DNA of 64,000 bases from assembly GCF_009914755.1 (NCBI RefSeq), contig NC_060931.1. One strand, given 5' to 3'. This DNA comes from the human T2T-CHM13v2.0 reference genome, Homo sapiens. The notes beneath the pieces were generated by a model, which did not search any database, was not told the origin of the DNA, and was given only the letters and a program-made list of their open reading frames with translations. The position numbers and the translations under genes were made by a program. Positions 46,943-61,789 of the stretch are shown piece by piece. Numbering within the stretch: position 1 is the stretch's first letter; each line of letters begins with the position of its first letter.

Positions 46943-47777
46943 AGCAATGAAATTCATAGCAAGGTATTTTCTACTCACAAATACAGTTTGTTATCCAGAT
47001 TTTAATTAACCCAATGGACACAAATAACTTCTTGTGTGAGAGTAATCTGTGGCTTTAACAAAAATATAGCAAAAAGACAATGTTTCATTGGGTTCAAAAT
47101 TACTTTTTATCTCAACAGCCAACAACTTCATATTCTTACCCATTGAAATTTACGTTGGTTTTAATTTTAATGCTTTTTAAAATGCACTCTCTTTGGTAAC
47201 AGCAATAAGTTGTGGGCCCTTAAAATCATAAACTTCATGAGTAACAGATTTACCCAGTACATAGGTTTATAAAGTGAAAAAGAAAACATTTTTGTTTCTG
47301 CTCCAATTTTGAATTTGAGATCACTGTATTTTATACTGCATGTGTTACAATAAATACTTTACAAGGCAAAATATACCCACTACAGTTATACTTTAGTTAA
47401 TTCTGAGTTGTTACCAGTTCTAGCAAAATTAGGATTTCTGATATTGATGAGGGAGAAATCTATGAAACAGGATACACACATTCTGGGAATTATGACTTCA
47501 TTGCATCTTGTAGATTAATTTCTTCCATACTTGAAGAGGAGCAAAGTTCCACAAGAAACTCACTAAGCTTCAAGCATCACTAACAAGTAACAGCTTTGAT
47601 GAGTCCCATATGCAATGCTTTCATTTACTATTAAAAATTGACACTTTAGTCTTACTCTTGCATAATAACTTGTTCTTAAACTAAAATTTGGGAAATCTAA
47701 ACAAATTGTTACCTTTGGAAGAGATTATTGGAAATCAGGATTTGGGTTCTGTGTTAAAATAAAATAGATAGGAATTT

Positions 47778-48085
<308 letters not shown>

Positions 48086-48899
48086 ATATAGGAAATCACT
48101 ACTTACAATGTGAATTATGTTCTATGCTCTGATTTCCAAAACCGAACTAAATATAAGGTCTCAGTGAATCACCAAGTTTCTAAAATTAGTCTCTGCTGCC
48201 CTTTCCAGAGGAAGGCCACCTTCCTTATACCAAAAGTTAATTCCAACAGAGGGAGCTGAAGATAAACCATTTCCCTCAGCAGATAATCTGGACAGTGGCC
48301 TCTCTTCCTCACTAAACATGAGAGAGTTTGCTGGCTCATGTCTGATCAAAAGAAGGTGGACTGGGACAAAACCAAGTTTCAATTCATACTTTTAGGGAAG
48401 CTGTTTCATGAGCAAGCATAAAAATCTATATAAGACACGTGTAACACAGAGACATGCACACACAGAGACATACACACATGCAGAGGTTAGATAGTTGAAG
48501 GAAAAAAATCACCTTTCAATATTAGTTGAGGCGAGAGAATTGTAAGGTCTTTCCCTGACTATTAGCTAAGTGTTCCACTTCATCAATTTTTTTTCTCCCA
48601 TAAACTTAATCCCTAAGCTCATACTCTCTTTAAGAAGATTCTCCTTGATGTAAGCTCTAACAGCTTTATCATAAATCAAAGTTCATTGATAATTTACCTC
48701 CGGAAAAGTAGTTCTCTTGAGTGCTTCATTTTAGAGAATTTCCTTTTGGCTTCCTCTACTTAATCACCAACACTCCCAGCTGCTCAAACATGTGAGCAGA
48801 CAATAATTTCCTTGTGCCTGCCTTAACTGGAACTATTGCACCATCCCAGATCAGACCTTATAACAAAGTCATTCCACATTACAATGTGGAATGTACGAT

Positions 48900-49125
48900 A
48901 ACTGATTCTCTATTTTTTCTGTTTCTTTCCTTCTCTTATTCTATTCATTCTCATCTTTTCTTCTTAGGCTTTCTTTTTCCTCTCCTCATCTTTCTCCTCT
49001 CCTCTCCTCTCCTCTCCTCTCCTCTCCTCTCCTCTCCTCTCCTCTCCTCTCCCTCTCTCTCTCTTTCTCTCTCAACCTCCCTCTCTTTTCTCCTTCTCCC
49101 TCCTTTCTCTCTTTCTTTTTTTCTG
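48900..49125 (+). repeat. Polypyrimidine tract with (CCTCT)11
   Basis: CCTCT at 48996-49050. Confidence 0.9.
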
Positions 49126-49699
49126 GATTGAAACAAACCAATTATATTATTCCATAGAAGAGTACCCCCAACCCCAATATGTCAAAGTACACTGGCCTGG
49201 GGTATTTAATGGTTGAGTAATCTTCCTCAATAATATTCATTTTGCTTTCCACCAGTAAGATCGTGTCATCTCGAATGTCTAGAAGAATCTACACCCTGGG
49301 TTTTGAGAATAAGTTCAAATATGTATTGACAAGTTCAAGAAGCAAAGGCCATTTTCTGCTTTTTCACTGAAATGTATAGGTTGCAAATTATAACGACTCC
49401 TGATCTCATTCACATTTACTCAAACCGAATGCTTTAAAAATCCAACTAAGCTACTTTGGAAAGGGTGATTCATAAACTCTGCAGCATCTCTCAAAACTCC
49501 TTCGTGACAGGCAGCTGTCATGGAATGTGGCCAGAGCCTGAGACAAGATTATCAAATCAGCTGTGATATTCTGTGAGAGATGGAGCTACTTAGGGCCGCA
49601 TAGATTCGGAATCCAGCCAACTATGGAATTCCAAGACCCTCGCTCCCTCGCTTTCCGAAGTCAAATCTAACATGAATTTGGCCCCAACAGTGGGCAAGG

Positions 49700-50560
49700 T
49701 CGGGGCATGAGGTCAGGAAAGGAGAAACATCGGTTTTCGATCTAATAATGGCTGGGCTGGAGCTTGTTCCCTGTGTCCAAAGGGCGTGCGTACTAGCACA
49801 AGCGTTGAGAAAGGTCTGGACCCGATGTCTGCAGGAAGTGTCAGGACCTCCCTGTTCTGGGGACCTTCCCAGCCCACACCAGGTCCGTGCTCTCTAGATT
49901 CCCCCAACCTCGCTCCACAACCCGGAAGGAGCTCAGGCCGGACTTGGCGTGAGGGTCCCTGCGGGGCTGGGTCACCTACCCGTCCGCGATCACCCCACAG
50001 GGGCTGTTAGTAATCTCCCTGCTTCCTAGGCCGTTGAGAAGCACTCAGGTCACCCACTCTCGGTGACCAGAGCGGTCAGTCTTTCCCCGCCATGAAATGT
50101 GAGTTCGGGTGGCAGCCGCCGCGCCCCTGCAGTGTCCCCTGCACATCTCCGGTCTCGGTCTCGCCTTTCTCAGCTCCGCGCCGCCTTTTCCTGGGCGCCG
50201 CAGGACTCATAGAAGTGAGGCGGGGCCACAGATTTAAGTTTATTCCCCGCAACTGTCGGGGCGGTCCCGGAGCTGGTGAGGACGCGCTACGGTGGGTGCA
50301 GAAAGGAGATCCCTGGACTCTGTAGAACCTGGGCCCGCGGTGTGGACCGATGGTGGATTCTCCGCGACAACAGCCCTGGAGGGAGAGAGTGGGCCGGGGG
50401 AGGGGCCACGGGGCCCCTGAGGCCTGCGGGGCTGGCCGCACTGGCCCCGGGCCTGGCGGGGTGGTGGAGTCCGAAGCGGCGAGGCGAGGACCCCGGGGCC
50501 CGCTCCCCCCAGTCGCCCTCCCGGGATGTGGCCCCGCTGCAGTAGCACTACGGTGCTGGG
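49700..50560. promoter_or_regulatory. CpG island downstream of the FEZF1 3' end
   Basis: Abrupt GC/CpG-rich, non-repetitive stretch. Confidence 0.75.
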
Positions 50561-51290
50561 CTGTTTGTCTGGCAGCTTCTACTGAGCAGCTAATAGTATA
50601 ACAACCCGGCTTTGATAAATCTGAACTAATTACCCCTCTTAATTAAAGTCTTTAGCAGTTGTTTCATTGTTTTGGCAAGAAAACAGGAGAGACGTGCAGT
50701 TAGAAACACCAGAGCCCGAGCTCACAGCGGAGCCGCTGATTAACACTTGAAGCATTTCAAGGACCTGGCACCCGCCACAGTTTGGTTTTCATCCATGTTT
50801 CCTCCTTGAATGGAAGTATATTCGTCTATAAACATACATACACATGTAAAAACACGGAGGCTCCGTTTGCCAGCTGTGTACAAGTCAGTATGTGCCGTCA
50901 GGATGCAAACAATAGATACCTGTCTATCTATGATTGTAATGCGTTTGAGGAGATGTACATTGCATACAGCTACTGGATACGTTGTTCCCATTTAACTGTG
51001 CACTACGAACGTATCAGGTGGTCCAAGCCAAATTTATGTTTCTATTAGAAAACTCCATGTCTTCTGCTTCTGAACTTTACCAGATTTCATAACTTTACCC
51101 AAAGGTGTAACCATTTAGAAGAGACTATTTGCACTTGATAGATTTTCAGACCAAAACATTAAGTATTACTAATCCAGGGTTTTAGATTTTAAAAAGGCGG
51201 AGGGATGAGGGGGTCAGAGTCAGGGATCTTTAGCTGAATAGTATGAACAGAGCCCTAAAGTTTGTTGATTAAATAAGCATGTTCCAAGTA

Positions 51291-51296
51291 TTTATT
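51291..51296 (-). terminator. FEZF1 polyadenylation signal AATAAA (3'UTR about 51270-51954)
   Basis: TTTATT on + at 51291-51296, ~660 nt past the stop codon, at the end of an AU-rich UTR. Confidence 0.8.
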
Positions 51297-51954
51297 TCCA
51301 ACAGTCAATGAATCAATTTTCACGTGCAATAATCAAAACCAAAATTCAAAATCATCCATAATGAACCACCCTTATCTAATGTGTATGGGTGTGTGCTCAC
51401 GAATGTGGAATGTACCCCTATGGGCGCACACATCTATGCGTGTATATATGACATACACACAGTGTTTTGTTACTTCAGGGAAAGAGGAAATGATCAACAT
51501 CCAGCAGACATCTTGAGACCGGAGAATCAACACAATGGAAATATATACAATAATAAAATTAAAATGATGCAGCATTCCCGGGTAGAATAATACAGATCTC
51601 AATAAATATAGCAGAAATTTGTTTAAACAAAACAAAACAAAATAAACACCATCTCTCCACCCAAGATGAAAAGTCTTTCCAAATTAAAAAAAAAGAAAAA
51701 GAAAAACAGAAAACAAGCAAAACCCTCCAAATTTTTCATAATTGTTAGTGCCTATATAGAATATAATACACAAAACCATTTAGCAGGTGCATGCAAGAGG
51801 CGAAAGGCCAGGGGATGCAGAGGCTTCTGGTCGGCCCTGAAGTGTGGGGCCCAACATGCCCTGGGGTCTGCAGACGAACTCGGACCAGGAGCTCTAGTCT
51901 GCCGCTGCCTCAGCGTGGGGGCACGGCTGAGGCTGGGAGGACCCTTAGCCTCGA

Positions 51955-54406
<2,452 letters not shown>

Positions 54407-54559
54407 GTCTGAGTCGCCAGCGTCCGTCAGCCGGGGCTGGGCTGCGCCGTCCGTTGCCTTGTTCCCTGCTTGTCACAGACCTGCGGAGAGGGGGACGGGC
54501 ACCATCACCACCAGTAGCCTCCTCCTCCTCCTCCTCCCCAGCATCACCAGCCGAACCTG

Positions 54560-54900
54560 CCTGCCCAGCCCAATGGACTCCTGCCAGCCCATCGCAGAGT
54601 TCTTGGCGCACCAATGACTCGGGGACAATCACTACTTATTTCTATCAATAGAAAGTGTTGTGTCAATAACGCAGCCAAGATCTCGCCAATCGTTAACTTC
54701 CAAGAGGAGAAGGTAAACTAGATAATTGCTCAATTCGCTTCCAACAGTCAACAGGAAAACTTTTTTTTTTTTTCATCTGCAGTCAGTAACTACTTTTCAT
54801 TGGTGAGTGAGGTTCCCCGCCCAGAAAAGGCGGGGGCGCTTTCACCCGCTTGGCGCGCCCTCCTCTCTGCGCACACACTCTGCCGCGCACACTTCACTAC
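54560..54900 (-). promoter_or_regulatory. FEZF1 proximal promoter region, TATA-less, with CCAAT and GC boxes
   Basis: CCAAT at 54570, 54611 and 54686, ATTGG at 54799, GC boxes at ~54815-54838, immediately upstream of the ATG. Confidence 0.65.
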
Positions 54901-55079
54901 CCTCCGCACCCCCCCATCCCCACCCCCCTTTTGCTTCCTCTGCCTTTCTAATTCTCAATCTGCTTAACCAGGCTTTAGAGGCCAAGCAAATCTGAGATCA
55001 ATTTTCTCGTTTAGCTCTAAGTGACATCATCTAAAATCATTGTGCAAGGGCTAAATAAGGAAACGGAGTCTAATTCAGG

Positions 55080-57420
55080 GGCAAACGCCAGGCTATATTT
55101 ATCAAACGCCAAGCTCCAGAAAGCCTCGGCTAGGAAGCCTCGGCAGTGAAATCCGAGGTTTCGCTGCTTGGTTCCACTGGGCCTGGGTGGGCCGGGCTGG
55201 GCCGGGCTGGGCCGGGTCAGATCTGTGCCACCTCCGCAGACCTATTTCTTCCTCCAGGGCTCGGGGTTGCCCGCTCCCGGAATCCCGGAGTCTCCGCGGC
55301 CCGAACCGAGTCTGGACCATTTAGAAGACGCCGGCAGGTAACTGGCCTCCCCAAACGCCCCGAAAATTAAAAGCCTTAGGAGGCTTGTTCTGTGTTTGTG
55401 GTTTTGTAAAGGCAATGCCCGCGGCAATAGGCCTGGGAAAGTCGCACTTTCATCCACAAAGTTGAGGAGTTGCAAGGAATAATTGGGTGTCACACCACAA
55501 GCAACCTTGACTCGATCGGACCCCACCCAGGATACACACAGACGCGCGCGCGCGCACGCTTCCGAGTTTCCATTGAGAGTCTGGAAAGAGCATTTCTTTC
55601 TTAAGTACCTGCGCTCAGCTAGAGCTCTCCCGGAGCATTTTAAATACTGAATGCCGAGCGGAGAAGGGAAACAGAGTGTATTAATCCCCACTCCGGTTGC
55701 CGGTGTCTGCAAGCCTCCTCTAAGCAGCGCAGGCGGCAGCCTGGATGTCTGTGCGCATCAAGGAGACTTGCCGGCGCCAGAGTTGTGTCCACAGGTGCAC
55801 TTGTGCCTCCCAAAGAGCGCGCGTAGAGACCATTTCCCCTGCAACGCCCCCCAGCCGAACACCCGCCGGGTGTGGCACCTCGGCCGAAACTCCTGGGGCG
55901 GCGCGGTGGAGCGTGTGGAGGTTTCCGGGAAGACGCCTACGGCTGCGGCTCCGACTGTGCGGGCTCCCGCCGCCCAGGCAAGAGCGTCCAGGAGCGCTCT
56001 GGAAGCTGCGGCGCGCACCTTCCCCGGCGCAGTCTCTTGCCAGCCGGCGATCACGCAGAGCTGAACCCCGCAGCTAGGCGCGCAGGAAGGGCTGCACAGA
56101 GTTGGAAGACACGGCAGCTGTAAGCTGGCGTGAGGAGGCCAAAGGAGCGCGCAGAGCTGCAAGCAAAGGGCGGTGGGGCCTGGACCCTGAAGTGAGTGGC
56201 CGACCGCAGCAGCTCAAGGTGCCATCTGCCTGGTGAGTTAACCCCACGTGGCTGTGAGACAGGTGGTGGCGGGTGTCAGGTATTGGGCCAAGTGTAGTGG
56301 GGGCGTCCTTCTGCTAGAGCTCTGAAAAGGGTTGGCCCCGGAAGGCTGGATAACGGCGGACTAGAAACCCTGGCATTATTAAGTCCCTGAGCAATTTCAC
56401 TCAAAGATGCGAAACTGGACCTTAAACGAAGGAAATTGACGTCAAAGTATTCCCTCCTCTCTACCCCATTCTCAACACATGCCAGGCAAGCTACCCGGGT
56501 CCCTCCGCCCCACTCTAACTTTCCGCGAAAATCAGTTCCGCCTCTGCCCCAAGAGCCAAGAGGGGTGGAAAGGAAGAGAGCTTGGGCTGGGAACGCGCCT
56601 GATGTCTAACAGAAAGGCAGTGGCAGCTGGGTGAGTGGTGGGAAAGCTCACAGGCTGAAGAAATGGGGGAGGGGGAGTGAGTCTTATTGGAAGTTGAGGA
56701 CAGCCAAGGGGCAAGATGGGGGGAGAGGTCTGGCTGAATACGACGGGCTTCAGCAGCTAGGCCTGGGAGTGCCTCGTTTCAGGCCTCGAGGTGGCTTCAG
56801 GCTGGGACAACTGATGCAGCAGAGAAGGGCAGAGCGCCCGGGGGGAGAAAGCAAAGAGGCGCTACACTCCAAGGCGGCCCTTTGGAACCGTCCTTGGCCC
56901 GGGTGCACCTACTTTGGATTCGCCCAGACTGCAAATTTTTCTTTCCTTTTGCTGGGGCCACGGGACAGAGCACCTGGGCAGAGCAAGCGGAGAGGCGCCA
57001 CATCCCCGAGAGGCGCTTCGTAGTTGTCCTTGGACCGGGCGCAGACACTCAGTATTGGTCAGCGCTGGAAATTTTCTTTCCTTTTGCTGTTGGGGCCGCA
57101 GAACCAGTCTCCTCCTTTCCCCTGCTCAGACAAAGGGCACGGGAAGGGCTTTGCTGGGGCAAAGGGGGGTGGGGGGTTCTCTGTCCCACGACAGATGGGT
57201 CGCGGTTAAGACTTTAATTGCTGACTTTTGGGCCGGATCAGATTCCTTTTCCTACCTGCCACTTCCCAGCAGCGAAAAATCCCCCTCCTGCTGCACTCCT
57301 CCGCCACCGGGCTAGGTTGAAAGGAAAAAGCCAAGAAGCGCGAAGCAGCCCGGCTCTGGAAGGCTTTGGAGGGTCCAGCTGACTTGTACACAATTCGCGG
57401 CCTCTGGAGCCTTACCTGCC
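55080..57420. promoter_or_regulatory. CpG island(s) upstream of FEZF1 / within FEZF1-AS1; full CRE palindrome TGACGTCA at 56437-56444
   Basis: CpG-rich blocks at 55.1-55.35, 55.5-56.35 and 56.7-57.4 kb. Confidence 0.75.
56830..57101 (+). repeat. Diverged two-copy 136-bp tandem duplication
   Basis: Colinear anchors at 135-136-nt offset (CAGAGC, AGAGGCGC, GTCCTTGG, TTTTCTTTCCTTTTGCTG). Confidence 0.8.
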
Positions 57421-60099
57421 TTCTTGACTGAATGCCACCAGTTCGTTTTACGCTTGTGGTGTGTCCCTCACTCTCCCCTTCCTCTCCTCCCCCTCCCCTC
57501 TCCTTAACTGCAAAAGAGCCTTTCTTTGACCTCTGTAAATTTCTCCTTTGGTGTATACCAAACTAAAAAGGAAAAAATATTGGCTAAGAGGTATGCATGC
57601 TTTGTATAGTTTATATTTCAACAGTTTGCTTTTCACTAGTCTTTTCAGGATTTGCCCTTTTGGCAAGTGTTTGAAAATGTCATTTGAGTTAACACAAATA
57701 TGGCAAAGCATCAATTATGCTCTTCCTTTAAGATGGCCTTGAGTTTACTAAAGACTGAAAAGGTGCTTTACAACTCCAGGCCTTGATATCCAACATTTGT
57801 TAATTTTTTCAAAACCTAACCAAAAACACATGTTAATTAGTAATACTATCTCTATTAAATAAGAATTGTCACAAAACACAAAATATATTTAGAAAGGGCT
57901 TCTATCTTACCGTCCAATCTGTCTAGTACTTTATTTCCAAATATATTTGAAAATAACAAAAAAGGCAATAAAAACAGAGTATATTCAGCAAATTCAGAAG
58001 CTTTCAAAACGTTTCAATGCAAGTATTTTTTAGTTATTAAAACAAATGCAAGGGAGCCTTGTTTGTTTTGTTAATGGCAAAATAGAAACTCTTACAGTTT
58101 CTTTGGATTTTCTTTGAGAATCCTATAATCCTATTTTTTTGCTGAGAGCTGATGATTAAGTGTGCCTCCCCTTTCCATCCATGGAAAGGCAGTATTTATA
58201 ACCTCAAATCCTGATGGAAGGCGAGTTTCAGTGTATGATTTATCCTTTATGAAATATCCTGAGGAAACCACAGCAGTTCATGATATAAAGAGGCCAGATA
58301 ACAAACTCTGTGTTAAGATCTATTTAAAAAATAAGAAAAAGTCCTGCTTTTCTAAAGTAATTTAAAATTCTCTTTTTCTAAGGAATCTGATTTTGACTTC
58401 AATACTTTCTAAGCTGTGTTCTTGCTATTACTAAAAAATATTCATGATTTCCACAGGCTTTTTGTTGAAGTCCCTATCATAAGCAAATGCAGTTTCTGGC
58501 TATGGTTACTGCAATTCGAAATAAAAGGTAATAAGATAATAGAGCCATACATTACCAAATAAGCCATAATCTCTAATCTCTTATTCCTTGATATGTCACA
58601 AAATACTATTGATTTTTTTAAATTAAAAATGGATTGGAAAATATTATAACTAATTCCACTTTCTGCCCTAGTTCATTGACTTGTCCCTGGTCATGTTTTT
58701 AGAGTTTTCTGGCCTGTTCAACGTCTCTGACCCCCAGCCCCTTCACCAAGAGCAACAGTCTGCTTTCTCTTTGCTTTAGCTTGTGAGCTAAGGGAGGAGA
58801 GACGAAAGCATTATTATTATTCTGACATCACCCCCCACCCCAGCCTTGACATTCAAGCACATCTACACTTTTTCCTGTTTAATACATAGCACCAAAGGCA
58901 ACACACTGTACTTCTAGAAGGAAAAACACGTTTTTTAATTCCTCTGCGTTTTCTGCTTATAGTCTTTATCTCTGGCTGGTCTTTTGTTATTTCTTTTGGT
59001 GTGTGATGGAGGCAGGGTGACGGGATGGGACACAAATAGCAAAGGTCTATAAGGTTCAAGGAAAGAGTTTCTGAATACCTCAGATTACTTAATACACAAC
59101 GGGAACTAACTTTCCAACACGTTAGCAAACATATTGGCAACAAGTTCAAATTTAAGGCTACTAGTGTGCTTTTAGTTAGTTTGGTAGCAAATAAAGAATT
59201 TTTGCTAAGTTCCTAAAGCAATGTGAAGGACAGCATCACAGGTTATAAATGTGGGAAGGGTTGATTAACTCACAGAGCCCTCCTCTCTTTGGGGGAAGAA
59301 GTGTGAGGGTGGATTATTTGTCTCTAGACCTTTGTTGTTATTATTTCTTTTATATTAGGATTTCATTTAAACCCAGTGAAATTATTTCTCTCAAAACAGC
59401 ATTTACATAGCAAATCAGTTTGTGAAAGGAAATGAAGAGCCCAAATGTGAGAGCTGTTAATGAGGTGGCAGGCAATACAGACAGCGAGCACTTGGGCTCA
59501 GTTTGTTTCTGACCCTCCACTAATGCTGAGATTTTTCTCACCCATTCCCACAGGCCTGTGAGGTGTGTCCCTCCAGACTGAGAGGCTATGACTCAGGGTT
59601 GGACTTTATGGAAAAAAAGAAGTTTATAAAACAAGTAACCCAGTTTCTCCAACCTTTACTGTGGAGCAACAGCGTCAAGCAACAAAACCCAGCAAAGTTT
59701 TGCTTGTCACTTACAAGGGTGTTACTGAAATCTGGAAGGCGAACAATTAGAAGATAGCCCAAACATGCTCTATTGCTCTACACTGAAATACTTGCCTCCA
59801 ATAATAGAAAAAACCTGTTTTCGTGCAATTGATTGATTAGCGTTCTGCAGCAGTCCCTGGACAATTTTAAAGACATTTTGTGTTTGTGGCCAAAATTAGA
59901 AACAAGCAGACACACACACAAAACAACCATATTCAAGACACAGTTCGACTGTTTCCTTGACACTACCCACGAAGTTTAAAGCATTTTTTATGTTATTTTC
60001 AAACTTTCTTAAGTGATCCCATGAAATAAAAGTCGATAATAGAAATTAAAACAACACAGAGCAAAGAACGAGCTTAGTGAAATGGAGAAGCAGTAGAGG

Positions 60100-60900
60100 T
60101 AAATAAAAATCCTCGAGCTAGAAAGCTCTAAGAACCGCTTATAAATTCAGTTACCTCCTGAACTCCGGCCGATGGCCACTCCGGCCCGAGAGTGCCCCGC
60201 GCCGACCCGCTGGCCTTGGCCGTCTCAGCCTTCATTATCGCCACGGCCTTGGCGCCCCCTGCCCCGGCTGCCCAGGGGAACCAAGTTCCCGCTGCTGGAG
60301 TTGGGGCAGAGGAGCCCCGCCTCATTCAGGATTCGGTGGCCAGCGCAGAGCCATTTGAATAGAAGAAGCCCGAAGTGAAACAGAAAAGCTGAAAACTCCC
60401 CGGCTGGGCTCTCCACTTCTCGGTTCTTGCTCACGAGTTCCAAACAGTTAAAGTGACGTTGGCAAGGCCGAGGGCCACCGAGCTCTGTGAGACTCCCTTG
60501 GAGGGGTCAGGAAACTTAGCTCGAGAAGCTTGGAGGCGGCTGGGAGTTGGGGCGCAACTTCAGTGACCGGGCGCCGCTGCCGGGCTGGGGCTCCCAAGCG
60601 TCCGGCTCCCGGGGTGGTCGACGCGGCGCTGCCTTCGATCAGGTCCCGCCGACCTCGGGCCTCTGGACCACCACCGCCCCAGCTGGTCTGGCAACCCATC
60701 CCGGGCGCAATCGCGCTCCTCCCCTTCTCCTCTGCATTCCCGCAGGTCCTGGGGCGGCTCCATCCCCCCAAGGCTGAGAGATGGCGAGGGAGGCTCCAAA
60801 GAGTTTCGGGAGGGGGCGCCGGATCTGGTTTAAGAGACCGCGGAACAGATGGTGGAGAGCTCCTGGATGAAAGTTTTTGAACAGGCACTCGCTAATAGAC
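60100..60900. promoter_or_regulatory. CpG island, candidate distal FEZF1 promoter / upstream exon
   Basis: CpG-rich; minus-strand donor GAG|GTAACT at 60154. Confidence 0.7.
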
Positions 60901-61789
60901 TTGCTTTGACGACTCAGGGTGTAATTGAAGGGTCATTTAATCTAGACGCAAGGTGAAAGAAAACAGGCCCGGGGGTGTGGCATACCTAAGGAGGAACTAG
61001 AGCATCTTTTCACTAGGTTTGCCTGTCATTTTGACTTTCCTGGAAAATACGTTCTTAAGTCAAATTTTAAGAATGTCTGAGAAGCATCTCTGAGTATCTC
61101 TTCCAAAAACCTTTCGTGTATTTTTTTAGCCGACCTCCTTCCTCCGAGAATCCTCCCTTTTGAAGCCGTTTGGCCTGTGCTTAAGAGTAGTTGGGGTCTC
61201 CTTATGGTCCCAGGGCAAAGAGAATTTTCTAACTAGATTCTCCTGTTTAAGACCTTAACAGAAAGGCCTTTCTACCTTCCCTTCTTTGGCTTTACTCTCC
61301 AATTTGTTCTTTCATTCCCGAGTTCTCCCAGTGAAACCCTGCATCTCCTCTAAAAGAGAGTATTTCATGGCTGTCCAAAGAGGGCCATACCCCGTGGCCA
61401 CCTCTCGCGGGCCTCCATAGCCTCTGTAAAAGAGGAAGCACTCAGCCACTGGCCGGCCCCCTTTTGTTGATGGAAGTGGATGCTGTTCTGTTTCCTCCCT
61501 TCCCGCCCTTAGGCCTCTCCCAGACCAGATTCTGCACGCCTTGTGCATGTTTCAAGAGTTGAGCACTAAGATCCAATCCCAAGAAGAGGCTTGATCCATC
61601 ATTAAGAAATCTTACTACCTTTTAAAATGTTATTGCCTTCTCACTTTAAATTAATTTAGAAGATTTTTTTTTCCCTCTTCCCACTGTCTCCTCTTACTTC
61701 AAGTTCAGTTAATTCTCTGAATTCACGAACAGTGGGGCTGCCCTCATAGTTTCTCAGCAGTCCCACACAGAGGAAAAGGCTCCTGGAAA

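Noticed and set aside
56219-56236. CTCF-like motif (CAGGCAGATGGCAC on minus)
   Set aside because: Imperfect at the 5' core positions; cannot be supported without a PWM score or ChIP data
55102-57391. Many 60-156-aa ORFs on both strands in the CpG islands (also 49.7-50.6 and 60.1-62.2 kb)
   Set aside because: Expected from stop-codon scarcity in GC-rich DNA; no recognisable domains. An AS1 micropeptide cannot be excluded without Ribo-seq.
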